Virus record (IMG/VR): IMGVR_UViG_3300030332_000461 | Location: 1 to 43,523 of that record | DNA length: 43,523 bases | Origin: a virus | Lineage: Duplodnaviria; Caudoviricetes | Reading direction: 5' to 3' (one strand) | Shown here: positions 1-10,300 of the stretch, one piece after another | Layout: every line of letters starts with the position of its first letter | How positions within the stretch are numbered: position 1 is the stretch's first letter | The notes under the pieces: generated by a model | Database searches by the model: none | The model's input: only the letters and a program-made list of their open reading frames with translations | What the model was told of the DNA's origin: nothing | Position numbers and translations under genes: made by a program

Positions 1-61
1 TCGGGAACCGGCCTACTGCGAGCCTGTTTGACTGTCCGGCCCACGCCGTTAGCAACACGCT

Positions 62-207
62 GTTTTGCCCCACTAAACGGAGGAACGGAGATGTTGCAAG
101 CCGTTTTGCCCTCCTAACAGCATGCGAACTAGAGAAATTTTTTCGGAGATTTTTTCCATAATACCCCTTGCGCGACCAATAATCTCAAACCCATATACCC
201 TTTGCGC
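62..207. repeat. Non-coding region with several short imperfect direct repeats
   Basis: gttttgccc-cactaa (62-76) vs gttttgccc-tcctaa (103-117); gagaaattttttc / ggagattttttc (132-156); ccataataccccttgcgc (156-173) vs ccatataccctttgcgc (191-207). Confidence 0.55.
183..201 (+). promoter_or_regulatory. Putative promoter element, copy 1
   Basis: tctcaaacccatataccct begins 30 nt before ATG 213 and matches 585-603 at 16/19 positions; no SD before this ATG. Confidence 0.4.
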
Positions 208-212
208 CTACC

Positions 213-584
213 ATGGCCCTAGATGCCGCTTGGCTATTCCTAAAGGATGACTTATCAGCGGAACTTCAAGCAATAGAACAGCAGATTATGCAGAATAAGG
301 TCCAACTAAAGTTCTTGAAACAAAAAAGAAGGGAAATACGGATGGGAATGAGTGGGCAGGAAGGTACTTCCACTCAAACAAGCCCGTCAGGCCTCGAGCA
401 AAACATCTCCGGGGGTAATATGATACAGGCAGGTGGTGTTACTGTTGACCACCAGGCAGGTATGGTTACTTGGGCTGATGGAAGAACTGCCCCGTTACCC
501 ACGGGCGGTGATGGTAATAATCTTCAAATCCATGGCGGTAGGGTTTTCTATGGGAACGAAGAAGTACTCCCTGAGGAGCAATAG
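213..584 (+). CDS. Hypothetical protein with N-terminal AW-x-x-LK tag and coiled coil
   Basis: 123 aa; starts MALDAAWLFLK; heptad-like segment, then a small Gly-rich beta-type region. Confidence 0.8.
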   Translation: MALDAAWLFLKDDLSAELQAIEQQIMQNKVQLKFLKQKRREIRMGMSGQEGTSTQTSPSGLEQNISGGNMIQAGGVTVDHQAGMVTWADGRTAPLPTGGDGNNLQIHGGRVFYGNEEVLPEEQ

Positions 585-603
585 TCTCAAAGCCACACAC
601 CCT
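585..603 (+). promoter_or_regulatory. Putative promoter element, copy 2
   Basis: tctcaaagccacacaccct begins 31 nt before ATG 616, the same geometry as copy 1. Confidence 0.4.
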
Positions 604-615
604 ATCCGGATGGCC

Positions 616-1413
616 ATGAGTGCTTTGCAGGCATCATGGGCAGTGCTCAAGGACCCTGAAGCAGTTAGTGCTTATGAGAGGGCTTGGGGAAGGCCACCGA
701 AACCCGAATTAGGGTTAGAAGCAATGCAGACAGGGGCAACAATGCCCACCCCGCCCACAAAGGACCCCGACCAGCCTTTCTTCATAGACCACGAGCGAGG
801 TAGACCTAGTTTGCAGGACAGGATACGCAGTTTACCGAACCGTCAAGACATGAGCGACTCGATGAGAGCCGCTTGGAAGAACTTGAGAGGTGGTAGAGAT
901 GGGCCAGCAGTCACAAGGCAGGACATAGCAGGACATAGAGACTGGAAGAAAGCACTGGAACACCACTGGAATAATATCATCGAAGACCGCCGAAACAAAT
1001 GGCTTGCTGGAGGTAAACGCTACACTGGACACGGACTTCAAAGCGACCCCTATACTTATCACTCAAGAGAGGATGATGACTATGCCGCGGGCAACAGGAG
1101 TTACTACCCCGAGGACTTAGCGGACGCTGGTAGTTGGGAGAATTACCGTGCGGGTAGAATGCCACGACCTCCTACTCCTTCAGGTTATTCTAGTGAGGGT
1201 GTCGATAGGCCGACCATGCGGTATTTCTCTCCTGGCCCACATAGTGTTGGTCCTGGTTCCGGAGGTGCTTATGCACAATTAGGCAGGGCGCAACGGAGAT
1301 GGGACGAGAACTTCGGTGGAATGGCCAATACTCCTACGGGACGGCCTGAGACCGAACCAACTATAGTCACTGGTAGTAGGAGTGATAAGGCAGACACTAT
1401 ACGGGGGTACTAG
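616..1413 (+). CDS. Hypothetical protein with N-terminal tag (start re-assigned from 433 to 610/616)
   Basis: MSALQASWAVLK after ATG 616; this start removes the overlap with the upstream gene; Arg/Gly/Pro-rich, probably disordered. Confidence 0.75.
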   Translation: MSALQASWAVLKDPEAVSAYERAWGRPPKPELGLEAMQTGATMPTPPTKDPDQPFFIDHERGRPSLQDRIRSLPNRQDMSDSMRAAWKNLRGGRDGPAVTRQDIAGHRDWKKALEHHWNNIIEDRRNKWLAGGKRYTGHGLQSDPYTYHSREDDDYAAGNRSYYPEDLADAGSWENYRAGRMPRPPTPSGYSSEGVDRPTMRYFSPGPHSVGPGSGGAYAQLGRAQRRWDENFGGMANTPTGRPETEPTIVTGSRSDKADTIRGY

Positions 1414-1414
1414 G

Positions 1415-1993
1415 ATGGGCGGTTTAATCGGTATAATCAAGGCTGCTCGTAGGAGACCCTCCGGACGGAGGTCGGGTGACCCCCCACCTGAAGGCACAGG
1501 CCCCATAGGGGACTCCGGAACTAGAAGTGGTGGTAAGGGCCAAAATGAAAGGGGTCGGACAACTTTCACGGGGACTCACACGAACCCGCCCGACCAAGGG
1601 CAAGAGGATACTCAAGAGACACAGCATGAACTCGAAGGTTTGGAACAACCTGACCTCGGGGTAGACCCCAACGAGCATTTGGACATTGCTGGCAGGGAGA
1701 TGCATGGCGGAGAAGAGGGCTTAGACTCAAATCAGCAAGTCGGGCCCTTGGCACAGGGTATGTATGAGCAGTTCTTTGAACAGGAACATCCAGTTGGTCA
1801 ACACCCAGGATTGCCGGAGTCTGCAAACCGTAGGATTCTCGAGGACCCCCATAGTAATGTCTCACCACCCACAAACAGACCTGAGACTGCGGGTGTCCAT
1901 CGGAACCCCCAAGGAGACCTCCCCTCTAGTCACCATCTCCAACGACCCCCTAGGGCTAGGAGGAAGATTGGGGTCCGAAGTCTTGCTGGGTGA
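1415..1993 (+). CDS. Hypothetical low-complexity protein
   Basis: In-frame ATG 1415 just after the stop at 1413; fills the gap between neighbours; Gly/Pro/Gln/Glu-rich. Confidence 0.65.
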   Translation: MGGLIGIIKAARRRPSGRRSGDPPPEGTGPIGDSGTRSGGKGQNERGRTTFTGTHTNPPDQGQEDTQETQHELEGLEQPDLGVDPNEHLDIAGREMHGGEEGLDSNQQVGPLAQGMYEQFFEQEHPVGQHPGLPESANRRILEDPHSNVSPPTNRPETAGVHRNPQGDLPSSHHLQRPPRARRKIGVRSLAG

Positions 1994-1998
1994 AGACT

Positions 1999-4161
1999 AT
2001 GATGAGACCCCTTAATGAATCGTGGACCCTCTTGAAGAGAACGAACTTTGAGCAGAGGGTGGCTAGCGACAAGAAGCGTCTGATTGACCCGAAGAAGCCT
2101 TGGTTGGGATACACGAAGGCGCTTTTACACCAAGTGGCTCCTCTCAATACCGACTATCTCGATTTCGCCCTAGGTAGAGGCGAATACTCTTATTGGCAGG
2201 ATTGGCCCACTAACTGGGGTCGAGTGGGCCCAAACAGTAGGCTTCAAGCACATTGGTCACACAACAGGAGGGTAAAGTGGGCGAAAGCGAAGGATGACGC
2301 TCATCTTGACGCCCATGAGCGTTACAAGCACGATGATTGGAAAAACTCGCAGAACCAAACCGTCCCAGGTAAGGTAGAGCGTCACCCTGCTGACCTACAC
2401 CTAACTGACAAGAAGGCCCACGAGGAACTGATAAAGCCAACGGGGGGTCAAGGGTGTTCTTGTGGCAAGCCTTGTAAGGGCCTCAGACACTTACCTACAA
2501 ATCCTGATATTAGGGCTCGGGGCATCCGAGAGTTAGGTCGCATAGAGGAGGAGGAGGAGGAGTTCGCACGGCAACATGCAGAGGCAAGGGAGACAATGCC
2601 TCATTGGAACCCACGGAAATCAAAGGGCCGTATATCGAGAGTCGATGGTAAGGCAGAGGACACCAAGAAACTCCAGAAGGTGCGTGCTAAGTTGCAAGGC
2701 ATAATGAGTGGGGATTTGGTCCCTCGAAGAACCTTCAACGAGGAATTGGGCACCGAGAGTGTGAAGCATCAGAATGTCTCCAAGGAGGAGCGTGAGAGTG
2801 ATGAGTGGCAGGCTAAGCACGGAGTGGTGGGCACTGATGGAATCGCGCATAGGAGCGAGAATGTCCTAGGTGGTCAAGTCCTAAAGCATCTCCATAATCT
2901 CGGTCTTGACGCCGGTAGGGTGAGGGGTAATATCTACATCAATCTAGACGGTCACCATTTCGTCATGCCAGTGTGGACAGGTAGAGGGCTGAGAGGTAAA
3001 GACTCCCTTGACAGAAACAACCCACATGATACCACTAACGGGATGTCAGAATCAGACCGATTACAGGCTATTGACCCCGAGGCTGCGGCACATGTGGATT
3101 TCTTGCAGAAATACTGGGGCCGTAGAGACGAGAGGCAGGCAGCACTTGCAGAGGAGACCGAAATCGCACCACAGTCCTACTTTTGGCACAGGCTGAAGAT
3201 GGAGGGTAAAGAGGATTGGATGAATCAACAAAACGCGACAGCGGAGGACTTCGACAGGCTCCGAAACATGCTTCGTGAGACTCTCCCTGTTACTCGTATG
3301 CAAAGCCACGGCAAGAGAGGTACTCCAACACACTTAGCGTCCATGCGTGAGATGGACATGAAGGACTGGGGGCATGGGAAGGGGCCGGGTACTTTCTACT
3401 GGCCACATTACCCCCAAGGGCACGAGCAAGGCATCCCCTCACCCATGACCCCTGTTAGTCAGTTGGGGGAGGAGGCAGGGAAGGGGCGGTTTAGGGGTTA
3501 CAAGCCCCCTGAAACTCCAGATGCCGGGGTGGAAGCCCAGCCTCCCGCTGCTGATTTCGCTGAACAAGAGGAGCGTCGTCTAACTGGTTTAGGTCCAGGT
3601 AAGATTCAGCGCTCACTCGAACCGAAACACCTATTCGGCTCTATCCTATCGGTTGCAAACGAGGGCGGTAGTGTGAGCGCATTCGATGGGGCTTGGGAAC
3701 TCCTCAAAGAGGGAGAGAGCATGACCGCGGCCCAATGGAAAGGTGGAAGCACTGGTGACACTGGTTTCAAGCCCGATTCCTCCAATGGTGCTGAGAAGCC
3801 CGAGAAGACCGAGGAGGAGAAGCAGGCGGAGGTCATGGCTACTCACAACTCCAGTGTCAACAACCCTGCTACCCAAGAGTGGTTCCAAATCCTCTTACCA
3901 CCTAGTATGGAGTACCGACAGAAGTTGTTGGAGGGTATGGATAAGGCCGGAGTCGCCATTCACTCTGAGAACCACAAGAAGGATGTGAAACCCATGGAGG
4001 AGGCTTTCAAGAGCGTTCATAAACTCATTATGCACATGAGGTCCACTGATGGTGATAGCACCGGAACTGGGACTGGTGAGGGGCCACCTTCACTTTTGGG
4101 TAACGATTCCTCAGGCACCAGTCAGTTCGAGCAGGCATACACGGGTGGCGGGGATGACTGA
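1999..4161 (+). CDS. Hypothetical ~720-aa protein with two tags
   Basis: GGGTGA SD before ATG 1999/2002; PLNESWTLLK at the N-terminus and AFDGAWELLK internally; CSCGKPC motif. Confidence 0.8.
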   Translation: MMRPLNESWTLLKRTNFEQRVASDKKRLIDPKKPWLGYTKALLHQVAPLNTDYLDFALGRGEYSYWQDWPTNWGRVGPNSRLQAHWSHNRRVKWAKAKDDAHLDAHERYKHDDWKNSQNQTVPGKVERHPADLHLTDKKAHEELIKPTGGQGCSCGKPCKGLRHLPTNPDIRARGIRELGRIEEEEEEFARQHAEARETMPHWNPRKSKGRISRVDGKAEDTKKLQKVRAKLQGIMSGDLVPRRTFNEELGTESVKHQNVSKEERESDEWQAKHGVVGTDGIAHRSENVLGGQVLKHLHNLGLDAGRVRGNIYINLDGHHFVMPVWTGRGLRGKDSLDRNNPHDTTNGMSESDRLQAIDPEAAAHVDFLQKYWGRRDERQAALAEETEIAPQSYFWHRLKMEGKEDWMNQQNATAEDFDRLRNMLRETLPVTRMQSHGKRGTPTHLASMREMDMKDWGHGKGPGTFYWPHYPQGHEQGIPSPMTPVSQLGEEAGKGRFRGYKPPETPDAGVEAQPPAADFAEQEERRLTGLGPGKIQRSLEPKHLFGSILSVANEGGSVSAFDGAWELLKEGESMTAAQWKGGSTGDTGFKPDSSNGAEKPEKTEEEKQAEVMATHNSSVNNPATQEWFQILLPPSMEYRQKLLEGMDKAGVAIHSENHKKDVKPMEEAFKSVHKLIMHMRSTDGDSTGTGTGEGPPSLLGNDSSGTSQFEQAYTGGGDD

Positions 4162-4358
4162 TGCCCTCAGTCAGCCCTAAGCAGCGGAACATGATGGCAG
4201 CGCTCTCTCATGGGTGGAAGCCTACGAAGGATAAGAAGAAACTACCAAGCAGCAAGGTAGCCTTGGATTTCCATGTGGCTGATTACCCTAGTCATGGCAA
4301 GAAGAAGTCAGCCGATGGGCCTGTGGACCTGGCTTGGTCTTTACTGAAGTCGCGATAG
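4161..4358 (+). CDS. Small basic protein with C-terminal tag
   Basis: TGATG coupling; N-terminus MPSVSPKQRNMMAALSH resembles small basic phage proteins (from recall); ends PVDLAWSLLKSR. Confidence 0.75.
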   Translation: MPSVSPKQRNMMAALSHGWKPTKDKKKLPSSKVALDFHVADYPSHGKKKSADGPVDLAWSLLKSR

Positions 4359-4362
4359 ATTC

Positions 4363-7300
4363 ATGGTCGCACCCCGTTTGCAACAGAATGTGCTAGTTGA
4401 CCCCATAGAGTCCTCTTGGGAGATTCTCAAGGGGCTCATGCTCAAGAATCTGCGTGTTGAGCCACCCTCGGAGACTGAGAAGGTCCTCATCGAGCAATTA
4501 GCGGATTGCGACACCGAGTCTGCAACTAATATCTTGAAAAGTATCCATGATGAGAAACTCCTCGTCCGTCTACAGGAAATCGTCGATAATTGTGATGCTA
4601 ACTTCAATTTGGTGAGAGATGACCCTAATGCTGTCCGAATAATCGACGCTATGAGTGACGAGGATGGTGAGCCCTCTTTCAATCCCGAGGCTTACAATGC
4701 ATTAGCCCATGCTACCAGTGAGGCTGCTCATAATCACCACCAGCGCACGATGGGTCGAGAGCAACATATGAGTGACAGGGGAATCTTGGAACTGACCCAT
4801 CACAAGGACAGGAAGGTAGCCGCCCTGTGGGAAATGAGATGTCGGGAGTTGGCCATGGAGCATCCGAATCAGTTCGAGCCGGAGAAAGCAAGGGAGGTGG
4901 CTCGTCTAGAGTCTCAGATTGAGAAACTGCATGGTTCGGAGAAGACTAGGAAGTCAGCCCGAGCGATGATGTATGGGAAGGACGAAGGGACTTCAGATGA
5001 GGAGAAAGTTGAGGAACACCTTTGGGAACAGTGCAAACTCAAAATCTTGAAGGAGTATTACCGTGACAGGGCCGCCTACGATGTAATCCGCCACATGCGA
5101 GGGGAGAAGCACCATGAGCCGGACTGCATATATGACCATCTTGGTGAGGAGGGTTGTAGTTGTCCTACAGTGATGGAGACTAAGAGAAAGGCAATTCCAC
5201 TGGACGCAGAGGTAGATGAGGGCTTGCAACAGAGGACGAGGCAGAGCGTGCTCGATTTATCCAACATCCTCTATGAGTACACCCGACTGAAACCTAGGGA
5301 CGAGGGAAATGTGGAGCCTCGAGTGAATAGGATAGAGCACTGGTGGAAGGAGACCCCTTCTGACCAAAGAAAACTCATACTTGGTCAAATGGTCGATATG
5401 GGGCATGGCACCCACCTCCCAATGCTTCCCATAGTCCTCGAAGGGTGGAATGTGGGGTTACAGGAGAGAGAGGACTTCCTGCGTTACATCTCAGATTTCG
5501 AGGGCAGAAAGGCCAAACTAGAGAGAAGGGGTTATGGAAAGGCTCGAGACCCTTCTATCATAGGCAACTGGGGTTCTCGTGATTTATTCGATTTCCTATC
5601 CGCCTCCACAGGAGCAGGTGCGTTTGAGAGCACTTCACTTGACCCAGATGACAGTTTGGAGTCCGACAGTGAGTCAAGAGAGGAGGCTGCTGGACCTGTC
5701 AAGGATGCTCCCAAGGAGGACACCAGCACGGGGGTGGGTCAGACTGCCAGTGGTGAGATTGGCGTTGAGAGTGCCAAAACCACTAGTATCCCCTTCCAGA
5801 CCTTCAAACAGATATGGTTCTCTAGAGATGCAGATGAACGACAAGAAATGGCCAACGAATGGTTGAGTGGTTTGCAGCAAAGGGTAGATGACTCCGCTGG
5901 GGTGAACCCCAAGCACAAACCAGGCGAACCCGAACACCTCACCAAGGGTCAGATGGAGAGGATGTTGGCACACCAGAAAATGGGGGTAGACATCATGTGG
6001 CCCGCTACCAGTAGTGGTAAACTCGAGAACATGGAAGCGGCGAGACAGGGACTGGCTGAGATGAGAGAGGACAGGTCCGATGCTTTCGATAATAAGTCCC
6101 GCGCTGCTGGAGTGACTCCGGAGGTCATGAGATTCGCTATACAGGAACTAGCGTGGCTTAGGGACAGTAAGGACGGGAGAGACTGGGGGGATTTGCGGGA
6201 TGCTCTCTATGACTTCAGTGGTGATGAAAAGACCGAGATAGACGACATTCTAGACAGCAAGAAAGGGAGAATCGCACTCAACATGCTGTTGCGACAGGGT
6301 AAGCGGGAGTTCGAGGAGGCGGGTGTAGAGCCGGAACTCGTCCGATGTGATGTATGTGAGGATTCACCCACTCCTGGGAAGTGGAAGAGGAGGAACCAAA
6401 TAGTCGATTGTCCCAAATGTGGTGACAGTCACACTCCTGGGTACATGCCGCTTTACTCCACCCAAGCAGCCAGTGATGCTCAGAAGAGAGAGGTCGTCCT
6501 AGGCATGGAAGCAGATTTGGCTAGACTGGATGCTGTACACACGAGGCACATCCATGATGCGGCTATGGATGCTAACTTCACCGAGGAGTGTGGGGAGTGT
6601 AAGGGGACGGGGAGGGACCCATTCGACAGGAGAGACTCATGCGGCTCTTGTTCCGAAGGTCAAATCATCAATCTTAAGTCCTTCCTTCGGGACATAATAG
6701 GTAAGAAGGCACTGGGTCTCAAACCAGAGGAGGCACTGCATGCCATAATCTGCAGTGCAGAAAGCACACACAGCGTGTTGAACTACAGGTTGAGGGAGAG
6801 GCAGCAGAAGAGGGATATAGCGAACCTCGAGAAGTTCGGTATCATGCCGGACGGGGTCCAAGTCATGTTGCATCTCAATCGCTTGCATATCAATGGAGGG
6901 ACCTTGAGTAGTGAGAATCTTCTCAACATGAGGAGGCAAGTCATCGAGGAGAACCCCAACGCAGGGTTCCGCAAAATCAAGAGGGGAATAGGAGAGAGGT
7001 TGAAGAAGGCCTTCACCTTCATCGACCAAACCCATAACGACCAAGGTGAGCATAGGGGGCTCTATCTCAGGCATGCGATGCACTCCCCGTTCATCGCTGA
7101 CCTGTTGGACATACTGGCAGACAATCCCGATATGTCTAGGGCCTCCGGAGTCATCGAACAGAGGCTCTCGAACCACCTCCGAAAGGTGAATCACCCCAAC
7201 AGGTTTGAGACTCGACCTGAAATGAAGGTATGTCCAGTATGCCATGGTTCAAAGAAGAAAAAGGACTATCAAACTGGTCAGTTCCTAGACCAATCCTGTG

Positions 7301-10300
7301 ATGCCTGCTGGGATAAGAGGAAGGGGGGGTCCACAGGAATCAGCAGGTATGAGCAGGGTGTTGAGGTCCCCAGTCCCCTACATAGCCCCTTACTGAGGAA
7401 TCATACCCCCTCCTGTCCCTGTTGCCAAGACGGGATGAGCAAGATGATTACCCATGCTGGGGGGCTAGGTAGGAAGACGGTTTTACATCATGACCCCCAT
7501 GACATAGACCTCCAAACCGAGGCCGTCTTGGATAGGCTGTTCGAGTTGACAGAGACACTGAGGCGCAGGACTCAGCAGTACACAGAGAAGAAGGAACCTG
7601 ATGAGTTCCTCGAAGGCGAGATGAGGAAGAAGCATCAAGAGATTGAGGATTTGGTGTTGAGGGAGAGTCAAGAGTTGAACAAGGCTCTCGGTACCAGTTA
7701 CAGGGAGGTTTTGGAGAATAAGTCCGGCAGGGACATGGCTCCGTTCGAGTTGGGGTCCTCGGCTCTGACCGAGGAGTCCGAACCGTCGAATACCCCATGC
7801 CCCTTCTGTGCTGAACGGGCCAAAGTAGGGGAACCACCCCTACCGGACTCGGACTCCTTGGGTGTTCCCAACCTCGGAGATGAGGACGGGTATCATGGTG
7901 CGGGCTTCCTCGGCACTCCCCAAGGATGCCCCAATGACCCACACATCGAGGATGGACAGAGGATATTCGAGCAGTTGGATGAGATTCGTTATGCATCACC
8001 CGATATGAGGCGTGTTATCGAGGCTAGTTGGAACAGAGGTCCCCTCATCTCGGACTTGGAGAGTCTCCACCCTAAGATTCGGAAGAGGGGAGGGCCTGAT
8101 GAGGCAGAGTCCTATTCACCCATCCACCCCCAGACCGTGGGTGATTTGGGTTTCGGGAGATGGGCTGCTCTAAGGAGGAGAGGTGGGAAACCCACTCCTG
8201 ACGAGAGGTTCGAGCACAAGTTCCAGTCGAGATACATCGCCACAGAGATGCAGAACTCGAATCCCACAGAGACCCATCTCACAGACACCGCTAGGGAGAA
8301 TTACTCCCACGGTGAGCGCTTCCTAGACCGTATAGAGCATGAGGGGATTCTCGAGGAAGATGATGAGAAACTGAAAGAGTTGTATGCCATACACACACTC
8401 ATACCGGATTATCTCGGTCATCTGCATTACAATCCCTTGCAACTGACTGGTGATGGCGATACTGACCAGCAGAGATGGGCTAGGCGAGTGCTGGGTCTGA
8501 AGAAGGGAGAAACAGTTGGAGAGGAGATGAGGAACAAGTTCAAGCATAACCTACATCTGATTGAACCCCTCTTGGTCCTAGAGAAGGAGTGGGCACGGAA
8601 TTACCTAGCCCCTCGGGAGGAGATGCTGGAGAAGGAGTGGCCGTCCTCGATATTCAACACCGATGAGTCGAAGCAGCCCTTCCTCAAAGAGGATGACCTG
8701 CACAGGGTGTTCGGGGAGTTGAGAGGCCATTACCGAGATTGCCAAGAGTATCTGATGCATGGTTTCCTCTCTGCTGACCACCACGGCTTAATGCCTAGTG
8801 CCAATCACTTCCCAGACCTATTGCTCTTCATGAATAACCCCGATTGCCCTCCAGAGTTGGCTCAGGCTTGGATGGACCATCACCCAGGTCTGAGTACCCC
8901 TGGCAATGACTGGTACGAGAATTATGGGGGGATGTGGGCCACTGAGGGGAGGACCATGAAGGAGATGCAGCCGATAGCCGATGCGATTTGGTCTGCTGCA
9001 CTCGGTGGACGAGGAGAAGAGTACCCGGAATCATACGAAGACTGGATGGAGGAACAGGGTGAATGGTGGGAAGCCAGGACCAATATATCGACCAAGAGGT
9101 TGTGGGACCGAATCAAGAATATGCTCGAGAGGCGTTCCAGTGACCCGGAGGGCTCGAAGAGGGCACTTCTTGCAGTGCGACCCATAAGGGACAGGACCGC
9201 TATGAACCAGTGGGGCTATCCCACTGGCTGCCCGAACTGTTCGGGGGAGGGCCATGTGGATGCTAGGAAGTTCGTGGAGAGTGCCCCTGCTTTCATCGAC
9301 ATGTACGACGAGAGCGGGGAGGTAGTAGGAGAGGCGTTGGACAGAGAGAGACAGCCCTTACCCAAGGAAGGGGGTACACACCTTCTGACAGACCCCGCTG
9401 CCGTGGAGTTCATGAGAGACCATTCGAGACCATTCCGTCATGCCTCTTGGGAGGAACATCCCGAACACGACATAGACAACCCCAGTTACATAGTTAGTGG
9501 GAAATATCGGATACAGTGCCCAGGCTGCAAAGGCACCCATGTCTGCCCGAGTTGCGACGGTCATACAGGATACCATGCCAGCGAGAGTGGGAAGGAGGCG
9601 ATTCACAGAGTTAGGACATTCCTCGGTGGTGTGAAGAGGGAGTTGTGGGGTAACAAGATGAGTTTCCCACCCAACGAGCAGGACCCTCCGGAACTGATAA
9701 CCGACCCCGATGCGGCCCTAATCAACCAAATGCCTGATGATATCGTGGGGGATTATGTTCTTCCGAGTGACCCCGACGAGACAGGGAGGGCTCCTCCAGG
9801 CTTGATTCCCTCCCCTGGATGGCTATGGCACGAGGAGAAGGATGCTGACGGGAATCCCACAGGGAACATCTTCACCATGAGAGACCCATGGTACTCCAAT
9901 TCCGGTGGGATGGGTACTGGGAGTTCCTTCAACAGGCAGTTACAGCAGATGACATCGGAGGAGTTTTGGGGTGGTGAGGGGGTACCTACTGGTTCCGACG
10001 CGGAGGATAGGAGGAAGGAAGCGGAAGCGAGGAGAGCGGAGGAACTGAAAGAGAGTGCTCGGACCATGGCTGCACCCGACGCTCCGCCTATCCAATGGGA
10101 GGGTGGGAAAAAACCCACCCCTCCTGATGAGTGTCAGTTCCCAGGTTGCACACAACAAATCCCAGTAGGTAGCAGGTTCTGCAGGGAGAAAGCCATGAGA
10201 GAGCATTTCACCACTGGGGCGGGTGGTCTCAAGAGCATGGAACTGGTTCCCTCGGGCTTGGCTGCTCCCAACCACTTGGATTTGATGAACAGCCCCCGTA

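Noticed and set aside
433-609. N-terminal extension of the 433-1413 ORF
   Set aside because: It overlaps the 213-584 gene in another frame; the tag and upstream element point to a start at 610/616
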